DNA of 40,471 nucleotides from a virus (lineage: Duplodnaviria > Heunggongvirae > Uroviricota > Caudoviricetes): IMG/VR virus record IMGVR_UViG_2547132281_000014, positions 1 to 40,471 of that record; one strand, 5' to 3'. The notes beneath the pieces are model-generated. The model saw only the letters and a list, made by a program, of their open reading frames with translations. It searched no databases and was not told where the DNA came from. Each line of letters starts with the position of its first letter. The stretch's first letter is position 1. This document shows, one piece after another, positions 8,808 through 17,182 of the stretch. A program made the translations under genes and the position numbers.

Positions 8808-9387
8808 ACGTAACCACAGAAACGAGGAGTTAACCGTGGGTAAGCATCACTGGAAAGTAGAAAAACAGCCTGAGTGGTACGTGAAAGCTGTCAGAAAAAC
8901 TATCGCGGCGTTGCCGGGTGGTTACGCTGAAGCTGCTGACTGGCTGGATGTAACAGAGAACGCATTATTTAACCGCCTTCGTGCCGATGGCGATCAGATT
9001 TTCCCGCTGGGATGGGCAATGGTTTTACAGCGCGCAGCTGGCACTCACTACATTGCTGATGCTGTCGCACAGTCTGCTGGTGGGGTGTTCGTATCGCTTC
9101 CTGAAATTGAGGAAGTAGAGAACGCCGATATAAACCAGCGCCTGCTGGAAGTCATCGAACAGATCGGGAGTTACTCAAAGCAGATTCGTTCGGCAATCGA
9201 AGATGGGGTAGTGGAGCCACACGAGCAGACAGCAATTAATGATGAGTTGTATCTGTCAATTTCGAAGCTCCAGGAGCATGCAGCACTGGTCTACAAAATC
9301 TTTTGCGCTCCAGAAAAGAGTGACGCCCGCGAGTGTGCAGCTCCGGGCGCCGTGGCGTGTCGTGACTGTGGAGAAACTAACGCATGA
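8758..9387 (+). CDS. CII-like regulator (YdaT family)
   Basis: Position after cro; tandem ATG at 8758 and 8761; resembles proteins annotated as YdaT family in E. coli prophages (from memory). Confidence 0.6.
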   Translation: MMDYQSAIQKLAVQLRKRNHRNEELTVGKHHWKVEKQPEWYVKAVRKTIAALPGGYAEAADWLDVTENALFNRLRADGDQIFPLGWAMVLQRAAGTHYIADAVAQSAGGVFVSLPEIEEVENADINQRLLEVIEQIGSYSKQIRSAIEDGVVEPHEQTAINDELYLSISKLQEHAALVYKIFCAPEKSDARECAAPGAVACRDCGETNA

Positions 9388-9722
9388 ACAGTTTAACAAC
9401 ACACTACCGTCGCTCGCAACTGATTGCGCTTCCTGTACCGGGTGGAAAAGCGAAGGTGGAGTATTGCTATGCAGTAAATGTACCAGGTGACAGGGAAATT
9501 GTAACCCACAGCTTTGCAGAGTGGGCTGTGGGTGATTTCAACCGGCAGAAGGAGACAGTCCTTTGCGACAAGTTAACCGCTGGTTCAAAGATCACTACGG
9601 AGTGCCCGTCAGAGTCATTCGTTGGGAGCCGGAAACACAACGGGTTATCTACCTCCGTGAAGGCTATGAGCATGAGTGCTTCAGCCCGCTCGAACAGTTT
9701 CGTCGTAAATTCAGGGAAATAG
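9384..9722 (+). CDS. hypothetical protein; C-terminal half may be frameshifted
   Basis: ATGA overlap with the upstream stop and GGAGAAA Shine-Dalgarno support the start; after about 9536 a different frame encodes the more protein-like [44 protein letters not shown] but has no ATG. Confidence 0.4.
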   Translation: MNSLTTHYRRSQLIALPVPGGKAKVEYCYAVNVPGDREIVTHSFAEWAVGDFNRQKETVLCDKLTAGSKITTECPSESFVGSRKHNGLSTSVKAMSMSASARSNSFVVNSGK

Positions 9723-9731
9723 AGGTCGGTC

Positions 9732-10673
9732 ATGAGCACTAAATTAACCGGCTATGTATGGGATGGTTGCGCTGCGTCAGGCATGAAATTATCCAGCGTG
9801 GCAATTATGGCCCGCCTGGCTGATTTCAGTAATGACGAAGGTGTGTGCTGGCCATCAATTGAAACCATTGCCCGTCAGATTGGCGCGGGGATGAGTACCG
9901 TCAGAACGGCTATCGCACGGCTGGAAGCAGAAGGCTGGTTAACGCGTAAGGCGCGTCGCCAGGGTAACCGCAATGCGTCGAATGTTTATCAGCTTAACGT
10001 TGCGAAGCTTCAGGCAGCGGCATTTTCTCAACTGTCAGATTCTGACCCGTCAAAATCTGACGCATCAAAATCTGACCCGTCAAAATTTGATGCGTCGAAA
10101 TCTGGCAAAAAAGCGGGTTTTCACCCGTCAGAATCTGGCGGGGATCCGTCAGTAAAATCAAAACATGATCCGTCAGATAAAAAACCTTCTCGTCCGGACG
10201 CTTCGCAACCGGACACGCAGACGGCTGAACAGGATTTTTTAACTCGCCATCCTGATGCGGTTGTATTCAGCCCTAAAAAGCGCCAGTGGGGAACGCAGGA
10301 TGATTTGACCTGCGCACAGTGGCTCTGGAAAAAAATCATCGCCCTGTACGAGCAGGCCGCCGAATGTGACGGCGAGGTGGTTCGTCCCAAAGAACCGAAC
10401 TGGACAGCCTGGGCAAACGAAATTCGCCTGATGTGTGTGCAGGATGGTCGTAATCATAAACAAATCTGCGAGATGTACAGCCGCGTCAGTCGCGATCCGT
10501 TCTGGTGCCGTAACGTGCTCAGCCCGTCGAAGCTGCGGGAAAAATGGGATGAGCTTTCCCTGCGCTTATCGCCGTCCATCAGCACATACACAGAAAAACG
10601 CGAAGACCCATATTTCAAATCCAGTTACGACAACGTGGACTACAGCCAGATCCCGGCAGGATTCAGGGGGTGA
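9732..10673 (+). CDS. phage replication initiation protein (N-terminal winged-helix, O-like) with internal iteron-encoding linker
   Basis: N-terminal MSTVRTAIARLEAEGWLTRKA wHTH; position after cII; low-complexity SKSDASKSDPSKFDASKSG linker encoded by tandem DNA repeats. Confidence 0.7.
   Translation: MSTKLTGYVWDGCAASGMKLSSVAIMARLADFSNDEGVCWPSIETIARQIGAGMSTVRTAIARLEAEGWLTRKARRQGNRNASNVYQLNVAKLQAAAFSQLSDSDPSKSDASKSDPSKFDASKSGKKAGFHPSESGGDPSVKSKHDPSDKKPSRPDASQPDTQTAEQDFLTRHPDAVVFSPKKRQWGTQDDLTCAQWLWKKIIALYEQAAECDGEVVRPKEPNWTAWANEIRLMCVQDGRNHKQICEMYSRVSRDPFWCRNVLSPSKLREKWDELSLRLSPSISTYTEKREDPYFKSSYDNVDYSQIPAGFRG
10033..10180. repeat. iteron-like tandem repeats (about 15 bp, consensus near CGTCAAAATCTGAC), putative replication origin inside the replication gene
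   Basis: At least six degenerate tandem copies (CCGTCAAAATCTGACG, GCATCAAAATCTGACC, CCGTCAAAATTTGATG, GCGTCGAAATCTGGC, CCGTCAGAATCTGGC and others); analogous to lambda ori iterons inside gene O. Confidence 0.5.
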
Positions 10674-10675
10674 GC

Positions 10676-11164
10676 ATGAGTCTTTTGAATGAAGTTCAGA
10701 AATTCATTGAAGCCCATCCGGGCTGTACTTCCGGAGACATTGCGGATGCTTTTGCAGGTTACTCACGGCAGCGCGTTCTGCAGTCAGCAAGCAAGTTACG
10801 TCAGAGTGGGCGTGTGGCTCACTATTGTGAAGGGGATACACGCAGACATTTCCCGCGCCTGACTGAGAGAGCGCAGGAGCCGGAACCGCAACCAGTTCGT
10901 GAAACCAGACCTGTGCGCAATTTCTATGTCGGCACTAACGATCCACGGGTGATTTTGTGCCTGACCCGCCAGGCTGAAGAACTGGAGTCCAGGGGCCTAT
11001 ACCGTCGTGCTGCAACGGTGTGGATGGCGGCATTCCGTGAAAGCCACTCCCAGCCAGAACGAAACAATTTTCTGGCGCGTCGTGAGCAGTGCTTACAGAA
11101 AAGCAGCAAGCGCGCTGCATCGGGTGAAGAGTGGTATCTGTCAGGGAATTACGTGGGGGCTTAA
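10676..11164 (+). CDS. PerC-like transcriptional regulator with N-terminal winged-helix
   Basis: C-terminal LESRGLYRRAATVWMAAF resembles the PerC signature LEDKGLWRRAADRWM (from memory); ATG at 10676 just after the upstream stop. Confidence 0.5.
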   Translation: MSLLNEVQKFIEAHPGCTSGDIADAFAGYSRQRVLQSASKLRQSGRVAHYCEGDTRRHFPRLTERAQEPEPQPVRETRPVRNFYVGTNDPRVILCLTRQAEELESRGLYRRAATVWMAAFRESHSQPERNNFLARREQCLQKSSKRAASGEEWYLSGNYVGA

Positions 11165-11817
11165 TGAGTAATAAATATTGCCAGGCGCTGGTGGAACTGC
11201 GGAACAAACCAGCCCATGAACTGAAGGAAGTGGGCGATCAGTGGCGCACGCCAGATAACATTTTCTGGGGAATTAACACCCTGTTTGGTCCGTTTGTTCT
11301 GGATCTGTTCACTGACGGTGATAACGCCAAATGTGCCGCGTATTACACGGCGGAAGACAACGCGCTGGCGCATGACTGGTCAGAACGTCTTGCGGAGCTT
11401 AAAGGTGCTGCCTTTGGTAATCCCCCATACAGCCGCGCCATTCAGCATGAGGGGCAATACATCACCGGCATGCGTTACATCATGAAGCATGCCAGAGCCA
11501 TGCGTGATAAAGGCGGGCGCTATGTTTTCCTGATCAAAGCTGCCACCAGCGAAGTGTGGTGGCCGGAAGATGCAGATCATATTGCTTTTATTCGCGGGCG
11601 TATTGGTTTTGAACTGCCTGCCTGGTTTATCCCGAAGGATGAGAAGCAGGTGCCGACAGGCGCTTTCTTCGCTGGTGCTATTGCTGTTTTCGACAAGACC
11701 TGGAAGGGACCGGCAATCAGCTACATCGGGCGCGATGAACTTGAGGCATGTGGTGAGGCGTTTCTGGCGCAGGTTCGCCAGCAGGCGGAAAAACTGGTCA
11801 GGGAGATGGCGGCATGA
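11164..11817 (+). CDS. phage DNA N6-adenine methyltransferase (Dam-like, orphan)
   Basis: Catalytic GNPPY motif; TAATG coupling to the upstream gene; no adjacent restriction endonuclease. Confidence 0.8.
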   Translation: MSNKYCQALVELRNKPAHELKEVGDQWRTPDNIFWGINTLFGPFVLDLFTDGDNAKCAAYYTAEDNALAHDWSERLAELKGAAFGNPPYSRAIQHEGQYITGMRYIMKHARAMRDKGGRYVFLIKAATSEVWWPEDADHIAFIRGRIGFELPAWFIPKDEKQVPTGAFFAGAIAVFDKTWKGPAISYIGRDELEACGEAFLAQVRQQAEKLVREMAA

Positions 11818-12140
11818 CGACGTTAACTCAATGCCAGCAGCAGGTGCTGGATATGCTGATTTCTTACCAGAAAGAACGTGGCTTTCCGCCAACCAATCAG
11901 GAGGTGGCAACCATGCTGGGATACCGTTCAGTGAATGCAGCAGTGGAGCATCTTCGCGCACTGGAGAAAAAAGGCGTCATCACGATAAAGCGTGGCGTGG
12001 CCCGGGGGATAACGCTTCATACCGCGGTGAAGGCCGACGACAGCGAGGCGGTCGGGATTATCCGCGCACTGCTTGCCGGTGAGGAAAACGGCAGGCTGCG
12101 TGCAGCCCACTGGTTACATGAGAGGGGCCTGAAAGTATGA
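11814..12140 (+). CDS. LexA N-terminal-domain-like DNA-binding protein (no peptidase domain), 108 aa
   Basis: LTQCQQQVLDMLISYQKERGFPPTNQEVATMLGYRSVNAAVEHLRALEKKGVI parallels the LexA winged-helix domain; ATGA overlap with the methyltransferase stop. Confidence 0.55.
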   Translation: MTTLTQCQQQVLDMLISYQKERGFPPTNQEVATMLGYRSVNAAVEHLRALEKKGVITIKRGVARGITLHTAVKADDSEAVGIIRALLAGEENGRLRAAHWLHERGLKV

Positions 12141-12526
12141 AGCTGATCCTGCCTTTCCCGCCCAGCGTGAACACGTACTGGCGACACCCCAACAAAGGGG
12201 CGTTTGCTGGTAAGAGCCTGATAAGCACGGCGGGGCGAAAATTCCAGAGCGCGGCGTGCGCAGCAATAGTTGAGCAGTTACGTCGTCTGCCGAAACCAAC
12301 GTCGGCACCTGCTTCAGTGGAGATCGTGTTGTTTCCTCCGGATAACAGGATCCGCGATCTGGACAACTATAACAAGGCGCTGTTTGACGCCCTGACCCAC
12401 GCGGGGGTGTGGGAAGACGACAGTCAGGTGAAAAGAATGCTGGTGGAGTGGGGACCGGTTATCCCGGAAGGGAAGGTCGAGATCACTATCAGTAAGTACG
12501 AGAAACCGGCGGGTGCAGCCGCCTGA
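12137..12526 (+). CDS. rusA: RusA-family Holliday junction resolvase
   Basis: LPFPPSVNTYWRH and RDLDNYNKALFDALT motifs; typical lambdoid nin-region position. Confidence 0.85.
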   Translation: MKLILPFPPSVNTYWRHPNKGAFAGKSLISTAGRKFQSAACAAIVEQLRRLPKPTSAPASVEIVLFPPDNRIRDLDNYNKALFDALTHAGVWEDDSQVKRMLVEWGPVIPEGKVEITISKYEKPAGAAA

Positions 12527-12545
12527 TTAAGAGGAGAAACGAAGT

Positions 12546-13343
12546 ATGAATAATCTGATGGTTATTGATGGTATTGAAGTTCGTCGTGATGCTTATGGGC
12601 GTTACAGCCTGAACGATCTGCACAGGGCTGCCGGTTCTCTGGATAAACATAAGCCTGCATTCTGGCTCCGCAATGAGCAAACCGAACGTTTAATAAGCGA
12701 GTTGCAGATTTGCAACTCGGTCAATATAGCGCCAGTTAACGTTATTCGTGGCGGAAATAACCAGGGGACGTATGTCTGCAAAGAACTGGTGTATGCCTAT
12801 GCAATGTGGATCAGCCCGTCATTCCATCTGAAGGTGATCCGTACTTTCGATATGGTAACCAGCACACCGGAAAAATTATCCGGGCAGGCTGCTGACAAGA
12901 TGCAGGCTGGCGTGATCCTGCTGGACTTTATGCGCCGGGAGTTAAATCTGTCTAACTCATCTGTGCTTGGGGCCTGTCAGAAACTCCAGGAGGCTGTTGG
13001 CTTACCGAATCTGGCACCGCGCTATGCCATTGATGCTCCTGCTGACGCGCCTGATGGCTCAAGTCGCCCTACGCTGTCGCTGAGTGCACTGCTGAAACAG
13101 TATGGTATCCGCCTTACGGCTAATCAGGCATATCACCAGATGGCGAAGCTGGGGATCGTCGAACAGCGCGAACGATACAGCCGTACAGCGATTAACAACA
13201 TCAAAAAATTCTGGTCGCTGACGGCGAAAGGCTGCATGTTCGGCAAGAACATCACCAGTCCTGCAAATCCGCGCGAGACGCAGCCGCATTTCTTCGAATC
13301 CCGATTCCCTGAGCTGTTAAAGCTGCTCGATACCGTTCATTGA
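12546..13343 (+). CDS. KilA-N domain protein (antirepressor-like)
   Basis: N-terminal IDGIEVRRDAYGRYSLNDLHRAAG ... FWLRNEQTERLI ... ELVYAYAMWISPSFHLKV typical of KilA-N. Confidence 0.7.
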   Translation: MNNLMVIDGIEVRRDAYGRYSLNDLHRAAGSLDKHKPAFWLRNEQTERLISELQICNSVNIAPVNVIRGGNNQGTYVCKELVYAYAMWISPSFHLKVIRTFDMVTSTPEKLSGQAADKMQAGVILLDFMRRELNLSNSSVLGACQKLQEAVGLPNLAPRYAIDAPADAPDGSSRPTLSLSALLKQYGIRLTANQAYHQMAKLGIVEQRERYSRTAINNIKKFWSLTAKGCMFGKNITSPANPRETQPHFFESRFPELLKLLDTVH

Positions 13344-13344
13344 G

Positions 13345-14340
13345 GTGACCGTGAGAGCACTACTGACCCCTGAAATTGCCCCGCGTATGGGGATCGTATT
13401 GTTCAGGCCTGGTTCAGAGCTGATGCCCCTGTTTATGCAGGGGCGTGTCCTGCTGGAGCCTGAGCCGGAAAGTTATTCATCTTTCGCCAGTGGTGCCGTT
13501 CCGGCGGCATCACAACCGCTGGCGGATGATCCTGCCGTTCGGGCCGTGTTCCGCAATGAGGCAGTGATCCGTCGTGCTGGTGGCGTGGAATGTCTTGAAA
13601 GCTGGTTACTTCGTGAAAAGGGCTGCCAGTGGCCTCATTCCGACTGGCACAGCGAGAACATGACCACAATGCGACACGCTCCGGGCGCAATCCGTCTGTG
13701 CTGGCACTGCGATAACCAGCAGCGCGATCAGTTCACGGAACGGCTGGAATCAATGGCAACGGATAACTGTGCCCGCTGGGTGTTGTCTGTTGTGCGTCGG
13801 GATCTCGGTTTTGATGACAGTCACGTTGTGACAATGCCGGAACTGTGCTGGTGGCTGGTTCGTAATGACCTGGCGGGTGCCTTGCCGGAAAGTGCAGCCC
13901 GTAAGGCACTGAGATTACCGAAGCCTGTTGTGCCGTCTGTCACCCGGGAAAGTGACCTTGTTCCTTCGGTTCCTGCCACCAGCATCATCCAGGATAAAGT
14001 GAAAAAGGTGCTGGCGCTGAAAGTGGATCCGGAGTCGCCGGAGTCTTTTATGTTACGCCCAAAACGTCGCCGCTGGGTTAACGAAAAGTACACGCGCTGG
14101 GTTAAGACACAGCCGTGTGCATGTTGTGGAAAGCCTGCTGATGATCCCCACCACCTGATAGGCCACGGTCAGAGGGGAATGGGTACAAAAGCGCATGACC
14201 TCTTTGTGTTGCCTTTGTGCAGAAAGCATCACGACGAGCTGCATGCGGATACCGTGGCATTTGAAGAGAAGTATGGCTCCCAGCTGGAGCTGATATTTCG
14301 TTTTATCGATCGCGCGCTGGCAATTGGCGTGCTGGCCTGA
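13345..14340 (+). CDS. DUF968-like phage protein with C-terminal Cys/His cluster
   Basis: C-terminal CACCGKPADDPHHLIGHGQRG ... LPLCRKHHDELH; the predicted start is GTG, so the true start is uncertain. Confidence 0.55.
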   Translation: MTVRALLTPEIAPRMGIVLFRPGSELMPLFMQGRVLLEPEPESYSSFASGAVPAASQPLADDPAVRAVFRNEAVIRRAGGVECLESWLLREKGCQWPHSDWHSENMTTMRHAPGAIRLCWHCDNQQRDQFTERLESMATDNCARWVLSVVRRDLGFDDSHVVTMPELCWWLVRNDLAGALPESAARKALRLPKPVVPSVTRESDLVPSVPATSIIQDKVKKVLALKVDPESPESFMLRPKRRRWVNEKYTRWVKTQPCACCGKPADDPHHLIGHGQRGMGTKAHDLFVLPLCRKHHDELHADTVAFEEKYGSQLELIFRFIDRALAIGVLA

Positions 14341-14355
14341 TTTTTTCGGAGAAAG

Positions 14356-14721
14356 GTGATGCGTGATATTCAGATGGTTCTGGATCGTTGGGGAGCATGG
14401 GCGGCGAGTGATAGTTCAGGAGTAGATTATTCTCCTATAGCTGCTGGGTTTAAAGGGCTTCTTCCCTATACAAGCAAAACACGTCAGGCTTGTTCAGATA
14501 GTGATGCATTAATTATTGAAGGTTGTCTTGCTCGTCTAAAGCAAAAAAGGCCGGACGAACATTCGCTTCTTGTTGCCCATTACCTATACGGTATCTCTAA
14601 AAGAAAGCTCGCCAAGGCTAGTAAAAAGGATGAGAAACTAATACGCATTGAGATACAGATGGCTGAGGGATTTATCGATGGTTGCCTTAGTATGCTCGAT
14701 ATACGTTTAGAATGTGAATAG
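14356..14721 (+). CDS. late-gene antiterminator Q (QuuD-like family)
   Basis: N-terminal MRDIQMVLDRWGAWAA ... IAAGFKGL matches my memory of DLP12 QuuD; upstream of the lysis cassette. Confidence 0.75.
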   Translation: MMRDIQMVLDRWGAWAASDSSGVDYSPIAAGFKGLLPYTSKTRQACSDSDALIIEGCLARLKQKRPDEHSLLVAHYLYGISKRKLAKASKKDEKLIRIEIQMAEGFIDGCLSMLDIRLECE

Positions 14722-14726
14722 ATACA

Positions 14727-14758
14727 ACAACGGCTCTTAGAGAGCCGTTGTTTTTAGA
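14727..14758. terminator. intrinsic terminator, potentially bidirectional
   Basis: CAACGGCTC-TTAGA-GAGCCGTTG perfect 9-bp stem followed by TTTTT; 6 nt after the Q stop and at the 3' end of the convergent minus-strand unit. Confidence 0.6.
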
Positions 14759-14933
14759 AACTGTTTTTTATGACTGAACCTGTGGTGCAACTTAAAAAGT
14801 TACTGTAGCCATTGACGCCATTGTTGCTTGTTTTTTGAGCAGTGGATGGAATGCTTGCTGGCTTAGGCGCAGCTGTAGTTGTATGCCTGTTAGTATAGAC
14901 TACAAAGTTACCTGTAGATGATTTGTTATCCAT
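14754..14933 (-). CDS. possible small ORF (59 aa, Ser/Thr/Asn-rich) coupled to the serine peptidase gene
   Basis: ATG at 14933 overlaps the peptidase stop (ATGGATAA); MDNKSSTGNFVVYTNRHTTTAAPKPASIPSTAQKTSNNGVNGYSNFLSCTTGSVIKNSF; below the 60-aa track cut-off, low complexity, may not be translated. Confidence 0.25.
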   Translation of the reverse strand: MDNKSSTGNFVVYTNRHTTTAAPKPASIPSTAQKTSNNGVNGYSNFLSCTTGSVIKNSF

Positions 14934-15921
14934 GTCGAGCCCACCCCTCTGAGATAAGGTTATGATTTATGCCGAACTGACCTGGGACGCCTGGAACTTG
15001 CAAACGCTGTAACATCCCCTCAGTGCGGAATTGATATGAAAACGTGTCTGGAGCCTCTAAAATGCTTCTGACAGATACGTACGATGCCTGGTTAACTGTT
15101 CCTAAGATAGCATTTGGGTCAAAAGGTTCACCCAGATGCATCTCAGTTTTGAAATCTTCATAAATTTCTTTGATCAGACTGTAAAGGTGCTCATCTGGTT
15201 TTTCCACCGTAAGACCTAAATCGTTTACCGCTTCAATCCTATTTATAGTGTAGTCATGGCTACCAGAATCACTACAAAGGAAACTTACAATTTTCTCAAT
15301 GCTTTCACTATCAGTGAGTTGGTGAGACAGTAGTTTTCTTGCGAGCATTTGAATCTGCGCTTTAGCTCGATAGACTTTTCCAAGTACCAAGGGATGAACC
15401 TTTTCACTTAATGCAAGGAGGATCTGTGCAAGTGAGGCATCATCTTTGATATTCAAATCATGCTTAACTACTTCAAGATAGCCATTGATTTCTTCAACAC
15501 TGACTGGAAGTTGAAGTGGCTGCCCATTGATTATGGCCGAAGGGTTAAGTGGTGTATTCACACTTGGATCGATTGGCCCTAAGGTTGCCTGCTTGGTCAT
15601 AACCAAGTTGTTCGCGCCAAGGCACATTATCGTCCCAGAACTATGGCATTTTGATGGGATTATGATTTCGAGTTCTTTACAAAACTGACGAAGCAGGTTT
15701 ACAAGGCTCCATGCTGTTAAAGTGTCGCCGCCTCGCGTATAGAGCACGAGGCTAATTTTTTGAACATCACCTATCACATCAAGATGATTGACGAACAGAT
15801 CGAATACATCAGCGCTGATTTGAGCTTCTTGGTTTGGTCTATCACCTGTTACATAGCATAATACTTTTGAATTGCGTGCTTGTTCCAGTTGCGCATACAG
15901 GGCTTTACGCTGCTCAAACAT
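14926..15921 (-). CDS. ClpP/SppA-fold (SDH-type) serine peptidase, 331 aa, cargo gene in the Q-to-S interval
   Basis: LYTRGGDTLTAWSLVNLLRQF ... SKCHSSGTIMCLGANNLVM ... GPIDP aligns with the ClpP GG..TA / active-site Ser / LGA pattern; ATG at 15921 with AAGGA; AT-rich and opposite to the late operon. Confidence 0.65.
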   Translation of the reverse strand: MFEQRKALYAQLEQARNSKVLCYVTGDRPNQEAQISADVFDLFVNHLDVIGDVQKISLVLYTRGGDTLTAWSLVNLLRQFCKELEIIIPSKCHSSGTIMCLGANNLVMTKQATLGPIDPSVNTPLNPSAIINGQPLQLPVSVEEINGYLEVVKHDLNIKDDASLAQILLALSEKVHPLVLGKVYRAKAQIQMLARKLLSHQLTDSESIEKIVSFLCSDSGSHDYTINRIEAVNDLGLTVEKPDEHLYSLIKEIYEDFKTEMHLGEPFDPNAILGTVNQASYVSVRSILEAPDTFSYQFRTEGMLQRLQVPGVPGQFGINHNLISEGWARHG

Positions 15922-16375
15922 TCAGATGTCCTTATGTTAAGAATTTTCAAACCAAGAGGTAACATTCATTCAGAACTTACCACACAAGTGGTTAGATTCT
16001 ATCGGCAAAAAAAGTCCAAAAATTAGCGCATTTACAAAACTCAAAGAGAGCAATGAGATTTTGCAAACGTACAGTGTGGATAACTTATGTGCAAAGTGGC
16101 GTTGATTTTACTCATTCGCTTCAAAAAAACCATAGTTTTCCTCACGCGGTCCGCATTTTATCGTGTAATCTGTTAAGAGTGGTTACTTCGCCACACAGCT
16201 TAAACCTGCCGTCGAGCGGGTTTTGTCATTTCTGGGCCTTGGTATTCGTTGGGCTTGGTCTATCTAGCACTTATCCATTGGCTCGGCTTCTTTTACGTTT
16301 CCGCTTCTGGTTTGCGGTTCGTGGTACTCCCTCAATTTGCACCTCCTGTATCGGCGAGGTGAGAGATAACTACAA

Positions 16376-16702
16376 ATGCCTCATAACCCAAATACCTGGC
16401 TGGAGTTGGTCCAGAGCTGGTGGCGTGGAGACACACCGCTGGGCGCAGTGATTATGTCGATCGTTATGGCTGGCTTGCGCATTGCCTATTTTGGCGGTGG
16501 TGGTGGCTGGAAACGAAAAACGCTCGAGATTTTGCTCTGTGGTGCTCTGACGCTGACTTTTGCATCCGCTCTTGAGTATGTCGGATGGCCTAAATCTCTT
16601 TCTGTTGCCATTGGTGGCGGCGTTGGGCTGATCGGGGTCGATGCTATTCGTGGGGCTGCAATGAGAGTAATCGGTAATAAGTTTGGTGGCTCTAAGGAGT
16701 AA
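16376..16702 (+). CDS. holin (lambda S-like, three predicted TM segments)
   Basis: 108 aa with hydrophobic segments LGAVIMSIVMAGLRIAYF, LEILLCGALTLTFASALEYV, LSVAIGGGVGLIGVDAI; immediately upstream of the endolysin. Confidence 0.7.
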   Translation: MPHNPNTWLELVQSWWRGDTPLGAVIMSIVMAGLRIAYFGGGGGWKRKTLEILLCGALTLTFASALEYVGWPKSLSVAIGGGVGLIGVDAIRGAAMRVIGNKFGGSKE

Positions 16703-16705
16703 TTT

Positions 16706-17182
16706 ATGCAGGCACTAAATTCCCAGCGTAAAGCTTTCCTTGATATGGTGGCATGGTCAGAAGGAACGGATAACGGGCGACAACCGACACGTAACCACGG
16801 TTATGACGTTATTGTTGGTGGTGAACTGTTTACTGATTACTCCGATCATCCTCGCAAACTTGTCACGCTAAACTCCAAACTCAAATCAACAGCCGCCGGA
16901 CGTTACCAGCTTCTTTCACGTTGGTGGGATGCTTACCGTAAACAGCTTGGTTTGAAAGACTTCTCCCCCAAAAGCCAGGACGCTGTGGCATTGCAGCAGA
17001 TTAAAGAACGTGGCGCTTTACCGATGATTGATCGTGGTGATATTCGTCAGGCTATCGACCGTTGCAGCAATATATGGGCTTCATTACCCGGTGCAGGTTA
17101 CGGTCAGTATGAACATAAAATCGGTGACCTGATTGCCCGATTTAAAGAGGCTGGTGGGGTGGTAAATGAAGTTGAGTTATAA
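16706..17182 (+). CDS. endolysin, lambda R-type lytic transglycosylase
   Basis: 158 aa, near-identical over most of its length to my recollection of lambda R (QRKAFLDMVAWSEGTDNGRQ ... DRCSNIWASLPGAGYGQ). Confidence 0.9.
   Translation: MQALNSQRKAFLDMVAWSEGTDNGRQPTRNHGYDVIVGGELFTDYSDHPRKLVTLNSKLKSTAAGRYQLLSRWWDAYRKQLGLKDFSPKSQDAVALQQIKERGALPMIDRGDIRQAIDRCSNIWASLPGAGYGQYEHKIGDLIARFKEAGGVVNEVEL

Noticed and set aside
10033-10180. Tandem short repeats that might superficially suggest a CRISPR-like array
   Set aside because: The repeats are about 15 bp, contiguous with no spacers, lie inside a continuous ORF and encode a low-complexity linker; they fit iterons, not CRISPR.
14722-16375. Shiga-toxin or other known toxin cargo, or tRNA genes, in the Q-to-S interval
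   Set aside because: The only substantial ORF is the reverse-strand ClpP/SDH-fold peptidase; no A/B toxin-like ORF pair and no tRNA cloverleaf could be found by eye.
16053-16451. 132-aa plus-strand ORF in the noncoding stretch upstream of the holin
   Set aside because: No Shine-Dalgarno, odd composition, and overlap with the holin start; more likely untranslated leader or promoter region.
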